Shown: one piece after another, positions 44,058 to 54,222 of the stretch
Layout of the letters: every line of letters starts with the position of its first letter
How positions within the stretch are numbered: position 1 is the stretch's first letter
Origin: Deltaproteobacteria bacterium
GTDB taxonomy: Bacteria > Desulfobacterota > Desulfobulbia > Desulfobulbales > JAGXFP01
Reading direction: 5' to 3'
Length of the DNA stretch: 64,000 bases
Assembly: GCA_020056965.1 (NCBI GenBank)
Contig: JAGVGT010000083.1
Coordinates: 2,286 to 66,285, forward strand
The notes under the pieces: generated by a model
Databases searched by the model: none
What the model was told of the DNA's origin: nothing
What the model saw: the letters and a program-made list of their open reading frames with translations, nothing else
Program-made: the position numbers and the translations under genes

Positions 44058-45176
44058 TCAGTCCTGTTCCATGGCCTGGAAGCGGCGCATGAACTGGCGG
44101 TCGATGTAATCTTTAAGGATGAAGGCCGGGCGGCCGCCGAAGGTCAGCCAGCCTTTGTGCAGCACCCCTTCACCGTCACCCAGGTTGAAGATCAGCAGGT
44201 AATCGCCGCCGGGGGCAAATGGTTGCAGCTCCCCGCCTTCCAGGCTGACCAGCAGATTGTGGAAGAGCACCGGATTTTCTCGGACCGCGTAAACCCCGAC
44301 CTTGTCCAAGGGTGAGTCCTGGAAATAGATGCAGTCGCCGCCGCCGAAGATTTCCGGATGGGCCGGTGACTGCAAAAAGCGGTTGACCAGGAGCCCGCCC
44401 TCCGGCCCGACCGGCAGACCGGAATCGGCGAAGATCGGTGAGGGTTTGACGCCCACCGCCAGGAAAATCAGATCGGCTTGGTGGCTCCGGCCGTCCGCCA
44501 GTTCAAGCCGGCCGCTGGTTACTTCCCTGACATAGCTGCCCGCAACGATCTCGATTCCCCGCCTCTCCAGGCTTTTGCGGACCAGATCGACGACCTTGGC
44601 CGGAAACCGTTTCATGAATGCCGGCCCCGAGAAGATGCTGATTTTGGGGGGCTGCAAACCGTGCCGGTACATGAGCTGGTGGATATTGCCGGCCACCTCG
44701 GCCGAGGATGGGCCGCCGCCGACGATGGCGATGCGGCTCCGGCCGCCGGCGGCCAGCTCCAGAAGCCGCTTCTGCGCGGCCTGCAGGCTTTCGATGGGCT
44801 TGACCGAGAAGATATCCTCCCGGTTGCCGCTGATTGCCGACTGGGTGACCTGGCTGCCAGCGTTGCAGGAGAGGACATCGTACTCCAGGGTGGCCCCGGA
44901 GGCCAGCCGCAGCTTTTTCCCCAGTGGGTCGATGCGGCTGACCGCATCCAGCACAAAGGTGCCGCCCTGTTTCTCCACGACCTTGCGGGTGGCAAAGCGG
45001 ATCGTCTCGGGGCTGTAGGTTTCCCCCAGCATGCCCGGCCCCATGCCCGAGTAATAGTGCTGCTCGGATGGCCCCACCACCGTCACCTGATGCCCATTGG
45101 CGATCAGGGAGGAAAGGTTGGCCAGAGTCACCATGTGGGCGTGGCCGCCGCCGATCAGAACCAGCTTCTTGCCCAT
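44058..45176 (-). CDS. FAD-dependent pyridine nucleotide-disulfide oxidoreductase (like the SelD-fused N-terminal domain)
   Basis: LVLIGGGHAH, YYSGMGPGML, VKPIE, IFGGGDC, KVGVYAVR, LKDYIDRQFM. Confidence 0.88.
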   Translation of the reverse strand: MGKKLVLIGGGHAHMVTLANLSSLIANGHQVTVVGPSEQHYYSGMGPGMLGETYSPETIRFATRKVVEKQGGTFVLDAVSRIDPLGKKLRLASGATLEYDVLSCNAGSQVTQSAISGNREDIFSVKPIESLQAAQKRLLELAAGGRSRIAIVGGGPSSAEVAGNIHQLMYRHGLQPPKISIFSGPAFMKRFPAKVVDLVRKSLERRGIEIVAGSYVREVTSGRLELADGRSHQADLIFLAVGVKPSPIFADSGLPVGPEGGLLVNRFLQSPAHPEIFGGGDCIYFQDSPLDKVGVYAVRENPVLFHNLLVSLEGGELQPFAPGGDYLLIFNLGDGEGVLHKGWLTFGGRPAFILKDYIDRQFMRRFQAMEQD

Positions 45177-45403
45177 ATTCGCTCCGCCGTTGAGATGCTT
45201 GCCGGTCTTGGCCCGGCCGATTAGTTCAAGCTGCCCATATCATAGCAGGGCGGGTTGGCGCCCGCATAAAATGTTGCCGTCGGGTTGGCAATGTCCATGT
45301 CGCTTCGGGGAAATTTGTATTATATTGGGGCAGTTCACGGGAACCAGGAAAATCGGTGCCGGTATGCTTCCCGACTGCAAACGGCCGCGCAGATGTTGGA
45401 GAG

Positions 45404-46426
45404 ATGATGATGACAGGTAAATCGAGGTTTGCCCAAGGGCTGGCGATGGCCCTGGTTCTGCTGGCCCTGTTTTGCGGTTTGGCGCGGGGGCAAGGAGAGG
45501 CGGGGGAGCGCAAAAAGGTGTTGGTGGTCATGAGCTACCATCCGGGTTACGAAGGCGAGGAGGAGATTGCCCGGGGGCTGGAGGCCTATCTGCCCGAAGT
45601 CGAGTTCAGGTATTTCTACCTCAACACCAAATATGATTATGCCGGGGGCGCTCGGCTGGCCGCCGAGGCCTTCCGGATTTATCAAGAGTACCGGCCCGAT
45701 GCGGTGGTGGCGGTGGATGACCCGGCCCAGGAATTCCTGGTGGTGCCCTACCTGCGGGAGCGGGTGGCGACGCCAGTGGTTTTCTGCGGCGTCAACTTCG
45801 AGGCCGGCAAGTATCGCTATCCGGCCGCCAACGTCACCGGGGTGGTGGAAAAGAAACATTACCGCGAAAGCCTGGGCTTTGCCAAGCTCGTGGCGCCCGG
45901 GTTGCGGCGGGTGGCCGTGCTCTACTTGGACGACCCCACCAATCGCCAGAATCTCGCCCAGATTGAGGCCGAGGGCGCCGGCTACCCCCTGGAGATTGCC
46001 GGCAAATATCCGGTGGCAAGCCTGATTGAACTGCAGGGGTTGCTCGCTCGCCTGGAAAAGGAGGTCGATGGCCTGCTGCTCCTCAACCTGAGCGGCCTGG
46101 TGGATGCCCGGGGGAAGGCCCTGGACGGCAGCGATGTCCTGACCCGGGTGGTGGAAAGTTGCCGGGTGCCGACCATCGGCTCCAGCTCCTGGGAGATCAA
46201 GGCCGGCACCCTCTGCGGGGTGATCAAGTCGAACACTGAGCAGGGGAGTATTGCCGCCTCTCTGCTCCAGAAGATCTGGGCGGGAACGCCGGTGACGGAG
46301 CTGCCCCTGCTGCAGAACCGCAACGGCCGGCGCTTGGTCAACCTGACCACCCTGAAAAAACTGGACCTGAACCTTTCGCCCGAGGTGGTGCTCGGCACCG
46401 AACTGCTGACGACCGGCCAGGATTGA
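45404..46426 (+). CDS. Periplasmic ABC-type substrate-binding protein coupled to a sensor kinase
   Basis: Signal peptide; VLVVMSYHPGY, AVDDPA, PVVFCGVN, NVTGVVE. Confidence 0.82.
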   Translation: MMMTGKSRFAQGLAMALVLLALFCGLARGQGEAGERKKVLVVMSYHPGYEGEEEIARGLEAYLPEVEFRYFYLNTKYDYAGGARLAAEAFRIYQEYRPDAVVAVDDPAQEFLVVPYLRERVATPVVFCGVNFEAGKYRYPAANVTGVVEKKHYRESLGFAKLVAPGLRRVAVLYLDDPTNRQNLAQIEAEGAGYPLEIAGKYPVASLIELQGLLARLEKEVDGLLLLNLSGLVDARGKALDGSDVLTRVVESCRVPTIGSSSWEIKAGTLCGVIKSNTEQGSIAASLLQKIWAGTPVTELPLLQNRNGRRLVNLTTLKKLDLNLSPEVVLGTELLTTGQD

Positions 46427-49227
46427 TGAACCAGCCACCGCCACCCATCACTGCCTCTTCCAGCAACCGAAGGCTGCTCGGGGTCAACTTTGTGACCTTT
46501 GTGCTGGTTGCCCTGGCCTTTGTCTGGATAGTCGTCTATTTCCGGGGGGTGCATGCGCGCATTTTCACCGATGTCGAGCAGGCGACGGTGGAAATTGCTT
46601 TCAGCATCGAGTTGCGCCGTTCCCTGGCCAAACTGGAAGTGGATGTTCAGGAATTCATCAATCAGGTTTTGCGCAAACCGGAGGTGCTGAACCGCGAAAA
46701 GGCCCGCCTACTGAAGGAATTTCAGGAGTTAAACCAAAGGGTGGCGCAGAATGCCAAGACCGAGGCTGACCGGCGGTTGCTGGCCAGTCTGACCAAATAT
46801 TACGGAGGGTTAGAGGGTCTGCTCCGGGATTATACGGTGCTTAATGAGGTCTTAAGCCGGTTGCGCGGACACCACGAATTGATCGCGAAAAGACTTAATG
46901 CCATGGGCAAAAACACCGGGCGGCTCATGGTCGAGCAGGCCATGGTCGGCCATGATACCACCGGTCTGCAACAACTTTATCTCCTGGTGCCGCTCTGCCA
47001 GGAGAATTTTTTACACGGCCGGGTCTTGATCGACGCCGGTGTCTTGAACAACGACCCCGCCCTGCTGGGGGCAAGCGCCAAGCAGCCGATCGAGCCGCCC
47101 GAGAATACGGCGGCCGGCAAGCTCCTGGTCCTGCGCCAGACCCTGCAGACCCTGACCTCGGCCGATCCCTCGATCAGCGGTCCGGCCCGGGAGGTGTTGG
47201 CCGATCTGCCGGTCTATCTTGGCGAGATCGGGGCCCTGCACGATGGCCTGGTGGTTCTGGACGCCGACTGGAAACAGTTTGAAGCGCTCAGGCAGGACAC
47301 CATGCTCCTGCAGGAGAAGATGTTTGCCCATCTGGCCGATAACATCACCAGCCTGAAGGGGTTGGTCGTCGGCCACGATCAGCGCCAGGTTCTCTTTACC
47401 CTGCTGCTCTCGCTCCTGGTCTTCGCCGTGGCCCTGACCGGTTTTTTGTTGAGCCGTCGGCTCGGGGTGCAGCTGGAGAACATGGCCGACCAGGCCATCC
47501 GGACCAAGGATCTGGCTGAAAACGCCAATGCCCTGCTGCAGATTGAAATCGGGGAGCGGCGCTTGGCCGAGGAGGCCCTGCGGGAGGCTGGGGAGCAACT
47601 GGACCAGCGGGTTCGGGAGCGCACCGCCCAACTGGCGGCCGCCAACCGGATGCTGCAGGAGGAGATCGATATCCGTTTCAAGGCCGAGGAGGCCCTGGCC
47701 GCCGAAAAAGAGCGTCTGGTCGTGACCTTGCGTAGCATCGGCGAGGGGGTGATCGCCACCGATCATGAGGGCCGGGTAGTCATGGTCAACAAGGTGGCCG
47801 AGGAACTCACCGGCTGGTCCCAGGAGGCGGCGATTAGCCATCCCTTGGCGGAGGTCTTCCCGATCCGAGATCGACTCAGCCGGGAACCGGTGGCCGATCC
47901 GCTGGATCGGGAGCGCCGCAACGGCCGGGTGGTGCCGGGCCAGAACTTGTTGTTGACCAGGGACGGCCGGGAGCGGCTGATCGCCGACAGCGGCGCGCCG
48001 ATTCGCGACATGGAGAGCCGGGTGGTCGGCTGGGTTTTGGTCTTTCGGGACATCTCCGAGCAGGAGAAGTTGGAGGAGGAGCTGCTCAAGATCAGAAAGC
48101 TGGAGTCGGTGGGAATTCTGGCCGGCGGCATAGCCCATGATTTCAACAACATTCTGGCCGCCATTCTGGGCAACATCAATCTGGCCATGCTGTACACCGA
48201 TCCCGACGACCGGCGCCACAACCTGCTGGCCAGCGCCGAGAAAGCCTCGCTCCGGGCCAAGGAACTGACCAACCAGCTCCTCACCTTCTCCAAGGGGGGA
48301 GAGCCGGTGAAGAAGATCACCGCCATCGCCGAAATCATCGAAGACTCGGCCGAATTTGTCCTGCGGGGCAGCAAGAGCAAATGCCGTTACCTGATTCCGG
48401 CTGACCTCTGGGCGGTGGAGATTGACGCCGGGCAGATCAGTCAGGTGGTCCAGAATATCGCCCTGAACGCCAGTCAGGCCATGCCGGAGGGCGGGATCAT
48501 CGAGATTGCCTGCGCCAACTTCGATAACCGGAGCCGGACCATTCCGGTCGCGGCCGATTGCCTGCTGCGCCTGACCATCAGCGACAACGGCGGCGGTATT
48601 GCCCCGGAGCAGGTGGCGCGAATCTTTGATCCTTACTACACCACCAAGGATGAGGGCAGCGGCCTGGGGCTGGCCATCACCCACTCCATCATCACCAAAC
48701 ATGGCGGCCACATCAGCGTGGCGTCGCAACCCGGGGTCGGGACGACCTTCACCATCTACCTGGTTGCCGTCGCCGACCATGGGCAGGCGGATGAGCAACT
48801 GGTGGAGTCGCGAAAATTTACGGGCAGCGGCCGGATTTTGGTCCTCGACGACGAGGAGATGGTTCGGGAGGTCGCCCGGGAGATGCTGACCCATTTGGGG
48901 TATGAGGTTCTGCTGGCCGCCGATGGCCGGGAGGCCATCGACCTCTATCGGCAAGGTCGGCAGGAGGGACGGCCCATCGAGGTCTTCCTGATGGATCTGA
49001 CCATTCCCGGCGGCATGGGTGGCCAGGAGGCAGTCGCCAAGCTTTTGGCCCTCGACCCGCGGGTCAAGGCGGTGGTGTCCAGCGGCTATTCCAACGATCC
49101 GGTGGTGGCCAACTTCCGGGATTACGGTTTCGTCGAGGTGGTTGCCAAGCCCTTTCGGATCAGCGATCTTGGCAAGGTCATCGCCAAGGTCATGACCGCA
49201 AAGGAGTCGGAGTCGAACCCCGCCTGA
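46426..49227 (+). CDS. Hybrid sensor histidine kinase (TM-PAS-HisKA-HATPase-REC)
   Basis: TLRSIGEGVIATD, AGGIAHDFNN, DNGGG, GLGL, ILVLDDE, MDLTIPGGMGG. Confidence 0.93.
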   Translation: MNQPPPPITASSSNRRLLGVNFVTFVLVALAFVWIVVYFRGVHARIFTDVEQATVEIAFSIELRRSLAKLEVDVQEFINQVLRKPEVLNREKARLLKEFQELNQRVAQNAKTEADRRLLASLTKYYGGLEGLLRDYTVLNEVLSRLRGHHELIAKRLNAMGKNTGRLMVEQAMVGHDTTGLQQLYLLVPLCQENFLHGRVLIDAGVLNNDPALLGASAKQPIEPPENTAAGKLLVLRQTLQTLTSADPSISGPAREVLADLPVYLGEIGALHDGLVVLDADWKQFEALRQDTMLLQEKMFAHLADNITSLKGLVVGHDQRQVLFTLLLSLLVFAVALTGFLLSRRLGVQLENMADQAIRTKDLAENANALLQIEIGERRLAEEALREAGEQLDQRVRERTAQLAAANRMLQEEIDIRFKAEEALAAEKERLVVTLRSIGEGVIATDHEGRVVMVNKVAEELTGWSQEAAISHPLAEVFPIRDRLSREPVADPLDRERRNGRVVPGQNLLLTRDGRERLIADSGAPIRDMESRVVGWVLVFRDISEQEKLEEELLKIRKLESVGILAGGIAHDFNNILAAILGNINLAMLYTDPDDRRHNLLASAEKASLRAKELTNQLLTFSKGGEPVKKITAIAEIIEDSAEFVLRGSKSKCRYLIPADLWAVEIDAGQISQVVQNIALNASQAMPEGGIIEIACANFDNRSRTIPVAADCLLRLTISDNGGGIAPEQVARIFDPYYTTKDEGSGLGLAITHSIITKHGGHISVASQPGVGTTFTIYLVAVADHGQADEQLVESRKFTGSGRILVLDDEEMVREVAREMLTHLGYEVLLAADGREAIDLYRQGRQEGRPIEVFLMDLTIPGGMGGQEAVAKLLALDPRVKAVVSSGYSNDPVVANFRDYGFVEVVAKPFRISDLGKVIAKVMTAKESESNPA

Positions 49228-49275
49228 TTTTTCCGGGAAAAAATCCCTAGGCCAGCCAACCGGCCTTTTTTACCA

Positions 49276-50271
49276 TCAGCCTTTAATGCCCTGGAGTACG
49301 GCCGAGTCATTACCGGAACGGAAGGGCAACCGGACAATCTCCTCCACCCCCGCCTCGCCCAGCATTTCGCGCAATTCCTTTTCCGAGTACGATCGGCCTT
49401 GGTTGTTGACCAGCATGTTGAGGGAAAAGAGGGCCGGAAATAGAGGCCCGGCCAGATCGTCGTTCAACAGGAATTCATGGATCAGGATGCGGCCGCCCGG
49501 GGGGAGCGTCGCCACGCTCCGGGCGATCAGGCGTCGGCAATCCTGGGGCGCCAGGCCGTGCAGAATCTGGGAGAGCCAGACGGCATCATAACCGACGGGC
49601 AACGGATCGGCCAGAAAGTCGCCGGCTACGAAATCCACCCGCCCGCTCACCCCGAAACGATTGATGACCTCGGTGGCAAAGGGATGGCTGGTGGGCCGGT
49701 CGAAGACCGTGGCGCGCAGGTGCGGATTGGCCAGACAGAAGTACACGGCATGGGTGCCGGGGCCACCGCCCAGGTCGAGCAGATGTTTGACGCCGGTCAG
49801 TGTCACTGTCCCGGCCAGTTCCGGGGCGATGGCCGAGGCCAGGTTGAACATGCCCATCTGAAAGCTTTCCCGCTCGGCCTCTTCTCCGTGCCCTCGCCGT
49901 TCAACCGGTTCGCCGCTCAACACCGCCTCGTCCAGCCGCGACCAGGCCTCGACCAGATGGTGGTGATGCATGACGATATGGCCGGCATAGTCAGGCGAGT
50001 TGCGGTCCAGATAGCGGGCGGTCAGAGGGGTGTTGCGGAAGAGTTTCTGTTCCTTCTCCAGCAGGCCCATGGCGGTCAGGCCGTTAAGCAGGGCGGCCAG
50101 ACTGCGGGGATCGGCGCCCAGGCGGGCGGCCAGTTCCGGAGCGGTCGCAGGGCCGATCGCCAGGTTGGTAAATACGGCCAGTTTGACGGCGGCGTGCAGG
50201 GCACAGGGTTGCCAATAGGCACTGGCCAGGGCAAAGATCTTACCGGGGTGGGTGGCGGTCTGGTCCGGCAT
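49276..50271 (-). CDS. SAM-dependent O-methyltransferase (dimerisation domain + Methyltransf_2)
   Basis: LDLGGGPG, AGDF, WLSQILH, LFSLNML. Confidence 0.9.
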   Translation of the reverse strand: MPDQTATHPGKIFALASAYWQPCALHAAVKLAVFTNLAIGPATAPELAARLGADPRSLAALLNGLTAMGLLEKEQKLFRNTPLTARYLDRNSPDYAGHIVMHHHHLVEAWSRLDEAVLSGEPVERRGHGEEAERESFQMGMFNLASAIAPELAGTVTLTGVKHLLDLGGGPGTHAVYFCLANPHLRATVFDRPTSHPFATEVINRFGVSGRVDFVAGDFLADPLPVGYDAVWLSQILHGLAPQDCRRLIARSVATLPPGGRILIHEFLLNDDLAGPLFPALFSLNMLVNNQGRSYSEKELREMLGEAGVEEIVRLPFRSGNDSAVLQGIKG

Positions 50272-50308
50272 GTCAGGTTCTCCTGGTTTCTGGGTTGGCT
50301 GCGAGGGT

Positions 50309-50779
50309 TTAACTCAAGAGATAATATTCCAGGGCCGCGTTTTCCGTGAGTAGCCGGCAGCCCACGAAGTTCCCCTTGACGTGGCGGACCTCGCAATCCT
50401 GGCTAATTCTGGTCGCCTCGCCATCGTCCAAAGTCAGGCTGACCCTGACCCTCTCCCCGGCCTTCAGTTCCCGGCCGGTACTTTTCAGGAAGGCCAGCCC
50501 GGTCCGGGAAAGATCGATGACCCGGCAGCTGCCGGCTTCGGGAGCTGTCGGGGCGGGGGTGGCCCGGTCGACAATCTCGTAGGAGCCCGGGAGATCGAGC
50601 TGTTTGCGGGGCCGCTCCCGGAGTTCGATTTCGGCGCTGAAGATATTGCCGCAGGAGCATTTGACCTGACAGTGGTAGGTGTGACCGATCTTGTCCAGCC
50701 CGACCTTGGTGCGGAGGCGACACTTCGGGCAGTCGAAGGCAATGGTGTGGTCCCCGGCGAGGCTGGCCCTGGTGGTCAT
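50309..50779 (-). CDS. PilZ domain protein with N-terminal Zn ribbon
   Basis: CPKC...CSC; RERPR and DLSRTG c-di-GMP motifs. Confidence 0.85.
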   Translation of the reverse strand: MTTRASLAGDHTIAFDCPKCRLRTKVGLDKIGHTYHCQVKCSCGNIFSAEIELRERPRKQLDLPGSYEIVDRATPAPTAPEAGSCRVIDLSRTGLAFLKSTGRELKAGERVRVSLTLDDGEATRISQDCEVRHVKGNFVGCRLLTENAALEYYLLS

Positions 50780-50853
50780 GGCTTTCTCCTTGGTTAGTCA
50801 GGCGTCAGGCGGCCTGTCGGCAAGAAGATCATACCGGGGAAACGGTTTCGATT

Positions 50854-51474
50854 TCAACCGGCCAGCAGGCTGTGGGCAAAATTGATCATCGGCATCATGA
50901 GCTTGGAGATGACGCCCAGGTAAAAAAGCAGGAGCAGGACGATGAAACCGAACGGCTCCATTTTCCGCATGAACAGTACCCCCTCGGCCGGCAGGAAGCC
51001 GCTCAGGATGCGGCTGCCGTCCAGGGGCGGGATGGGAATCAGATTGAAGAAGCCCAGCATCAGATTGATCCACACCCCGGCGGCCGCCATGTTCAGCACT
51101 GGCCAGAGGACATACTCCGGGATGAAGCCGGCCGTGGCCAGCAGCCCTTTGACGGCCACGGCGCTCAGGATGGCCAGAGAAAAGTTGGCCCCGGGTCCGG
51201 CCAGGGAGACCCACATCATGTCGCGAATGGGGTTCTTGAAATAGCTGGGGTTGACCGGCACCGGCTTGGCCCAGCCAATCTTCATGATGATGAAGGCCAG
51301 GACGCCCAGCGGGTCCAGGTGCTTCAGGGGGTTCATGGTCAACCGCCCCTGTTCCTGGGCGGTGGGGTCGCCCAGCTTCCAGGCCACATAGCCGTGGCAA
51401 AATTCGTGAAAGGTCAGGGCCAGCAGAAAAGGCGGGGCGAGGATGGCGATCTGCTGGATCAGGTTGTTGCCCAT
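50854..51474 (-). CDS. Site-2 protease (M50) family
   Basis: HEFCH, GWAKPVP, AGPGAN, NLIPIPPLDG. Confidence 0.95.
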   Translation of the reverse strand: MGNNLIQQIAILAPPFLLALTFHEFCHGYVAWKLGDPTAQEQGRLTMNPLKHLDPLGVLAFIIMKIGWAKPVPVNPSYFKNPIRDMMWVSLAGPGANFSLAILSAVAVKGLLATAGFIPEYVLWPVLNMAAAGVWINLMLGFFNLIPIPPLDGSRILSGFLPAEGVLFMRKMEPFGFIVLLLLFYLGVISKLMMPMINFAHSLLAG

Positions 51475-51479
51475 GTCTG

Positions 51480-54167
51480 CTATTTATTCCGGCCGTCGGG
51501 CCGTTCTCCATTTAAGGGTTTTCCGGGAGGGAAATGCGTGGTCACAAAGGTAATCTCATCTTCCCGGCTGTCAACCTCATTGTCGAGGCGGGCCTGGAGC
51601 AGCCGGTCGAGGATCCGCCGGTAATCCGGGCCTTCGGCATATCCCAGTTTCTGCAGATCGCGCCCCTGGAGTTGGGTCTTCACATGCCGTTGGTAGGTAA
51701 TGTAGTGGGAGATGGCCTTTTTGCCTTCCGGCTGGCGGACCAACCCCATCAAAGCCAGCAGGGTTTCCAGGGCCAGCGGTTGCAGGAGCCGGTGGATCTG
51801 GCTGGGCTTGAGGGTGCGGGGCTTTTTAAGGACTTTCTGGAGGATGCCCAGATAGCCTTTTTCCCGCAGGAACAGCTGGGCCTGGCGTTCCGGGACGGCA
51901 AGGCGGCGGCAGAAGACCGGGAGTTGGCGCATGGTCAGCCGACTGGTCAGGGCCAGCAGGAAGACCATCCACTGGCGGCAGCGTTCTTCCTGGTAGAGCA
52001 AGCGGTACCAGGTCAGCGACTGCTGGGTGGATTCGATGGACTCCTCGAGGTGTGGGTCGAGCTGGAGGGCCGGGTGGAGGAATTTCAGCAGGTCGAAGTG
52101 GGTCATCCGCTGGAGGGCCGGGAGCGGCGTCTCTTCGGAAAGGATCAGCTGCAGTTCCCCGAACAGGCGAAAGCCCAGGCGGGTGGACTTGCTGCCCGGC
52201 AGGCTGTCGAAGATATGCATGCGCAGGGCAGTGCGCAGCAGCCGCTCGGTATGCTTGGCCAGATGGAAGCCCATGCGCTGCTCGAAGCGGATGGCCCGGA
52301 AGATCCGGGTGGGGTCCTCGACGAAGCTTAAGTTGTGGAGGATGCGAACCTGGCGGTCCTTCAGGTCGTTCTGGCAGTTGAAGAAGTCCACCAGGATGCC
52401 GAATGATTCCGGGTCCAGGTGGAGGGCCATCGCATTGATGGTGAAGTCGCGCCGGTAAAGATCGAGCTTGAGCGACGAGAGCTCGACGGTGGGCATGGCG
52501 GCCGGGTACTCGTAGTACTCCAGGCGGGCGGTGGCGATGTCGATCTTGAAACCGTCCGGCAGGATAACCATGGCGGTGCTGAACTTGTCGTGGATGCGGA
52601 CCTTGCCGTGCAGGTGGGCGGCCAGCCGCTGGGCGAAACCGATGCCGTCACCCTCAATGACCACGTCCAGGTCGAGGTTGGCTTTGCGCAACAGGAGGTC
52701 GCGGACGAAGCCGCCCACCGCGTAGGCCTTGGTGCCGGCGGCGGCGGCCACCTCACCGATGGTGCGCAAGAGGACGATGATCTCGCGGGAGAGGGTGTCA
52801 ACCATCAGGTTGTTGAGGTTGCGCTGACGGGCGCTGGCGGTTTGGTCCGGCGCCCCCACGGTCTCCTTGGGCAGATGGGCCGGATCGTTGATCAAGAGGT
52901 TCAACAGATCGGTGCGGGTGATCACCCCGATGATCAAATCATTCTCGACGATGGGGATGAAGCGTTGGCGATGGCCGATGATCAGTTCCTGGATGTCGGC
53001 CAGGGTGGCGGTTGAGGTCAGAGTGGCGAACTCGCTGGTCATGTAGTCGCTGACCGGCTGGTCGCCCAGGCCGTGGTAGATGGCTTTACCGGCCACTCGT
53101 CGGGAGATCAACCCCACCGCCTGGCCGGCCTTGACGACCGGCAGGACCGTGACGTTGTAGCGGTCGATGATCTGGTTGGCCTCTTTCAGCGAGACCTCCG
53201 GATCCACCGATATCACTGGTGCCGACATGATTCGGGCGGCAATGGCCACCGGCTGCACGTGCTTGTGGAAGAGGAGGAGCAGCTTCTCCTCGGCCTCGCC
53301 CAAGGTCATCTCGGTAACGGTGGCGGAGGCGGCCGAGGCGTGGCCGCCGCCGCCGAACTCGATACAGATCTCGCCGACGTTGACCTCGGGGATGCGGCTC
53401 CTGGCGATCAGGTAGACCCGTTCGCCCATGTTGGCCAGGGCGAAGAGGCAATTCAAATTCTCCATGGCCATGAAGCGGCGGGCGATCAGGGCGAATTCAT
53501 CCACATATTCGGGTAAGCGGATCTTGGCGACGACGAGGTCGATGCCCTGGATGTTGTAGGTGGTGGCCGCCTTCATCAGCTGGTGCAGCAGGGTTACTTG
53601 ATTTGTGGTCAACTCCTGGGAAACGAATTGGGCGACGCTGGGCAGGTCGGCGCCTTGGCCGAGCAGCCAGGCCATGGCCTCCAGGTCGCCGGGGGTGGTC
53701 GTGCCGAAAGTGAAGGAGCCGGTATCTTCGTAAAGGGCCATGGCCAGGAGGGTGGCTTCGTCGCGGCTCACCGGCAGATCGCGCTCGCGGAAGAGCTGGG
53801 TGAAGATGGTGGCGGTGGAGCCCACCGGGCGGATTTCCTCGAAATCACCTTTGAGATCGTCGGGCAGTTCCGGGTGGTGGTCGAAAATATGGATGGAGAG
53901 GCCGGGGTTGGCCAGGCATTTGCTGAAGTTGCCGATCCGCCCGGACTGGCGGGTGTCGACCAGGATCAACCGGGTGACATCGGCCAGATTGATGTCTTTC
54001 TGGCGGGTGAAGTCATAAGCGTAGGGCGAGGTGGCCAGGTAGCGACGGAGGTTGCGCTCCTGGGAGCCGGAGAAGACCAGCTTGGCGTCAGGGTACAGTC
54101 GGCGGGCGGCCAGCATCGAGGCCAGGCCGTCGAAGTCGGCGTTTAAGTGGGTGGTGATGATTTCCAT
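51480..54167 (-). CDS. DHH-CBS-tRNA nucleotidyltransferase (A-adding type CCA enzyme)
   Basis: HLNADFD, DHH, GGGGH, CBS pair, VGGFVRD, DLDVV, DLYRRDFTINA, EDPTRIFRAIRF. Confidence 0.92.
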   Translation of the reverse strand: MEIITTHLNADFDGLASMLAARRLYPDAKLVFSGSQERNLRRYLATSPYAYDFTRQKDINLADVTRLILVDTRQSGRIGNFSKCLANPGLSIHIFDHHPELPDDLKGDFEEIRPVGSTATIFTQLFRERDLPVSRDEATLLAMALYEDTGSFTFGTTTPGDLEAMAWLLGQGADLPSVAQFVSQELTTNQVTLLHQLMKAATTYNIQGIDLVVAKIRLPEYVDEFALIARRFMAMENLNCLFALANMGERVYLIARSRIPEVNVGEICIEFGGGGHASAASATVTEMTLGEAEEKLLLLFHKHVQPVAIAARIMSAPVISVDPEVSLKEANQIIDRYNVTVLPVVKAGQAVGLISRRVAGKAIYHGLGDQPVSDYMTSEFATLTSTATLADIQELIIGHRQRFIPIVENDLIIGVITRTDLLNLLINDPAHLPKETVGAPDQTASARQRNLNNLMVDTLSREIIVLLRTIGEVAAAAGTKAYAVGGFVRDLLLRKANLDLDVVIEGDGIGFAQRLAAHLHGKVRIHDKFSTAMVILPDGFKIDIATARLEYYEYPAAMPTVELSSLKLDLYRRDFTINAMALHLDPESFGILVDFFNCQNDLKDRQVRILHNLSFVEDPTRIFRAIRFEQRMGFHLAKHTERLLRTALRMHIFDSLPGSKSTRLGFRLFGELQLILSEETPLPALQRMTHFDLLKFLHPALQLDPHLEESIESTQQSLTWYRLLYQEERCRQWMVFLLALTSRLTMRQLPVFCRRLAVPERQAQLFLREKGYLGILQKVLKKPRTLKPSQIHRLLQPLALETLLALMGLVRQPEGKKAISHYITYQRHVKTQLQGRDLQKLGYAEGPDYRRILDRLLQARLDNEVDSREDEITFVTTHFPPGKPLNGERPDGRNK

Positions 54168-54222
54168 GGCTTCGAATCTACCATTTCGGGCCGGGAAAAC
54201 CAACAATTGCGGCCAGCAGCCC

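Noticed and set aside
47011-48954. Long antisense ORFs (also 18524-20575, 31469-32971, 7580-8923, 3682-4743)
   Set aside because: Shadow frames of high-GC genes on the opposite strand with no recognisable motifs.
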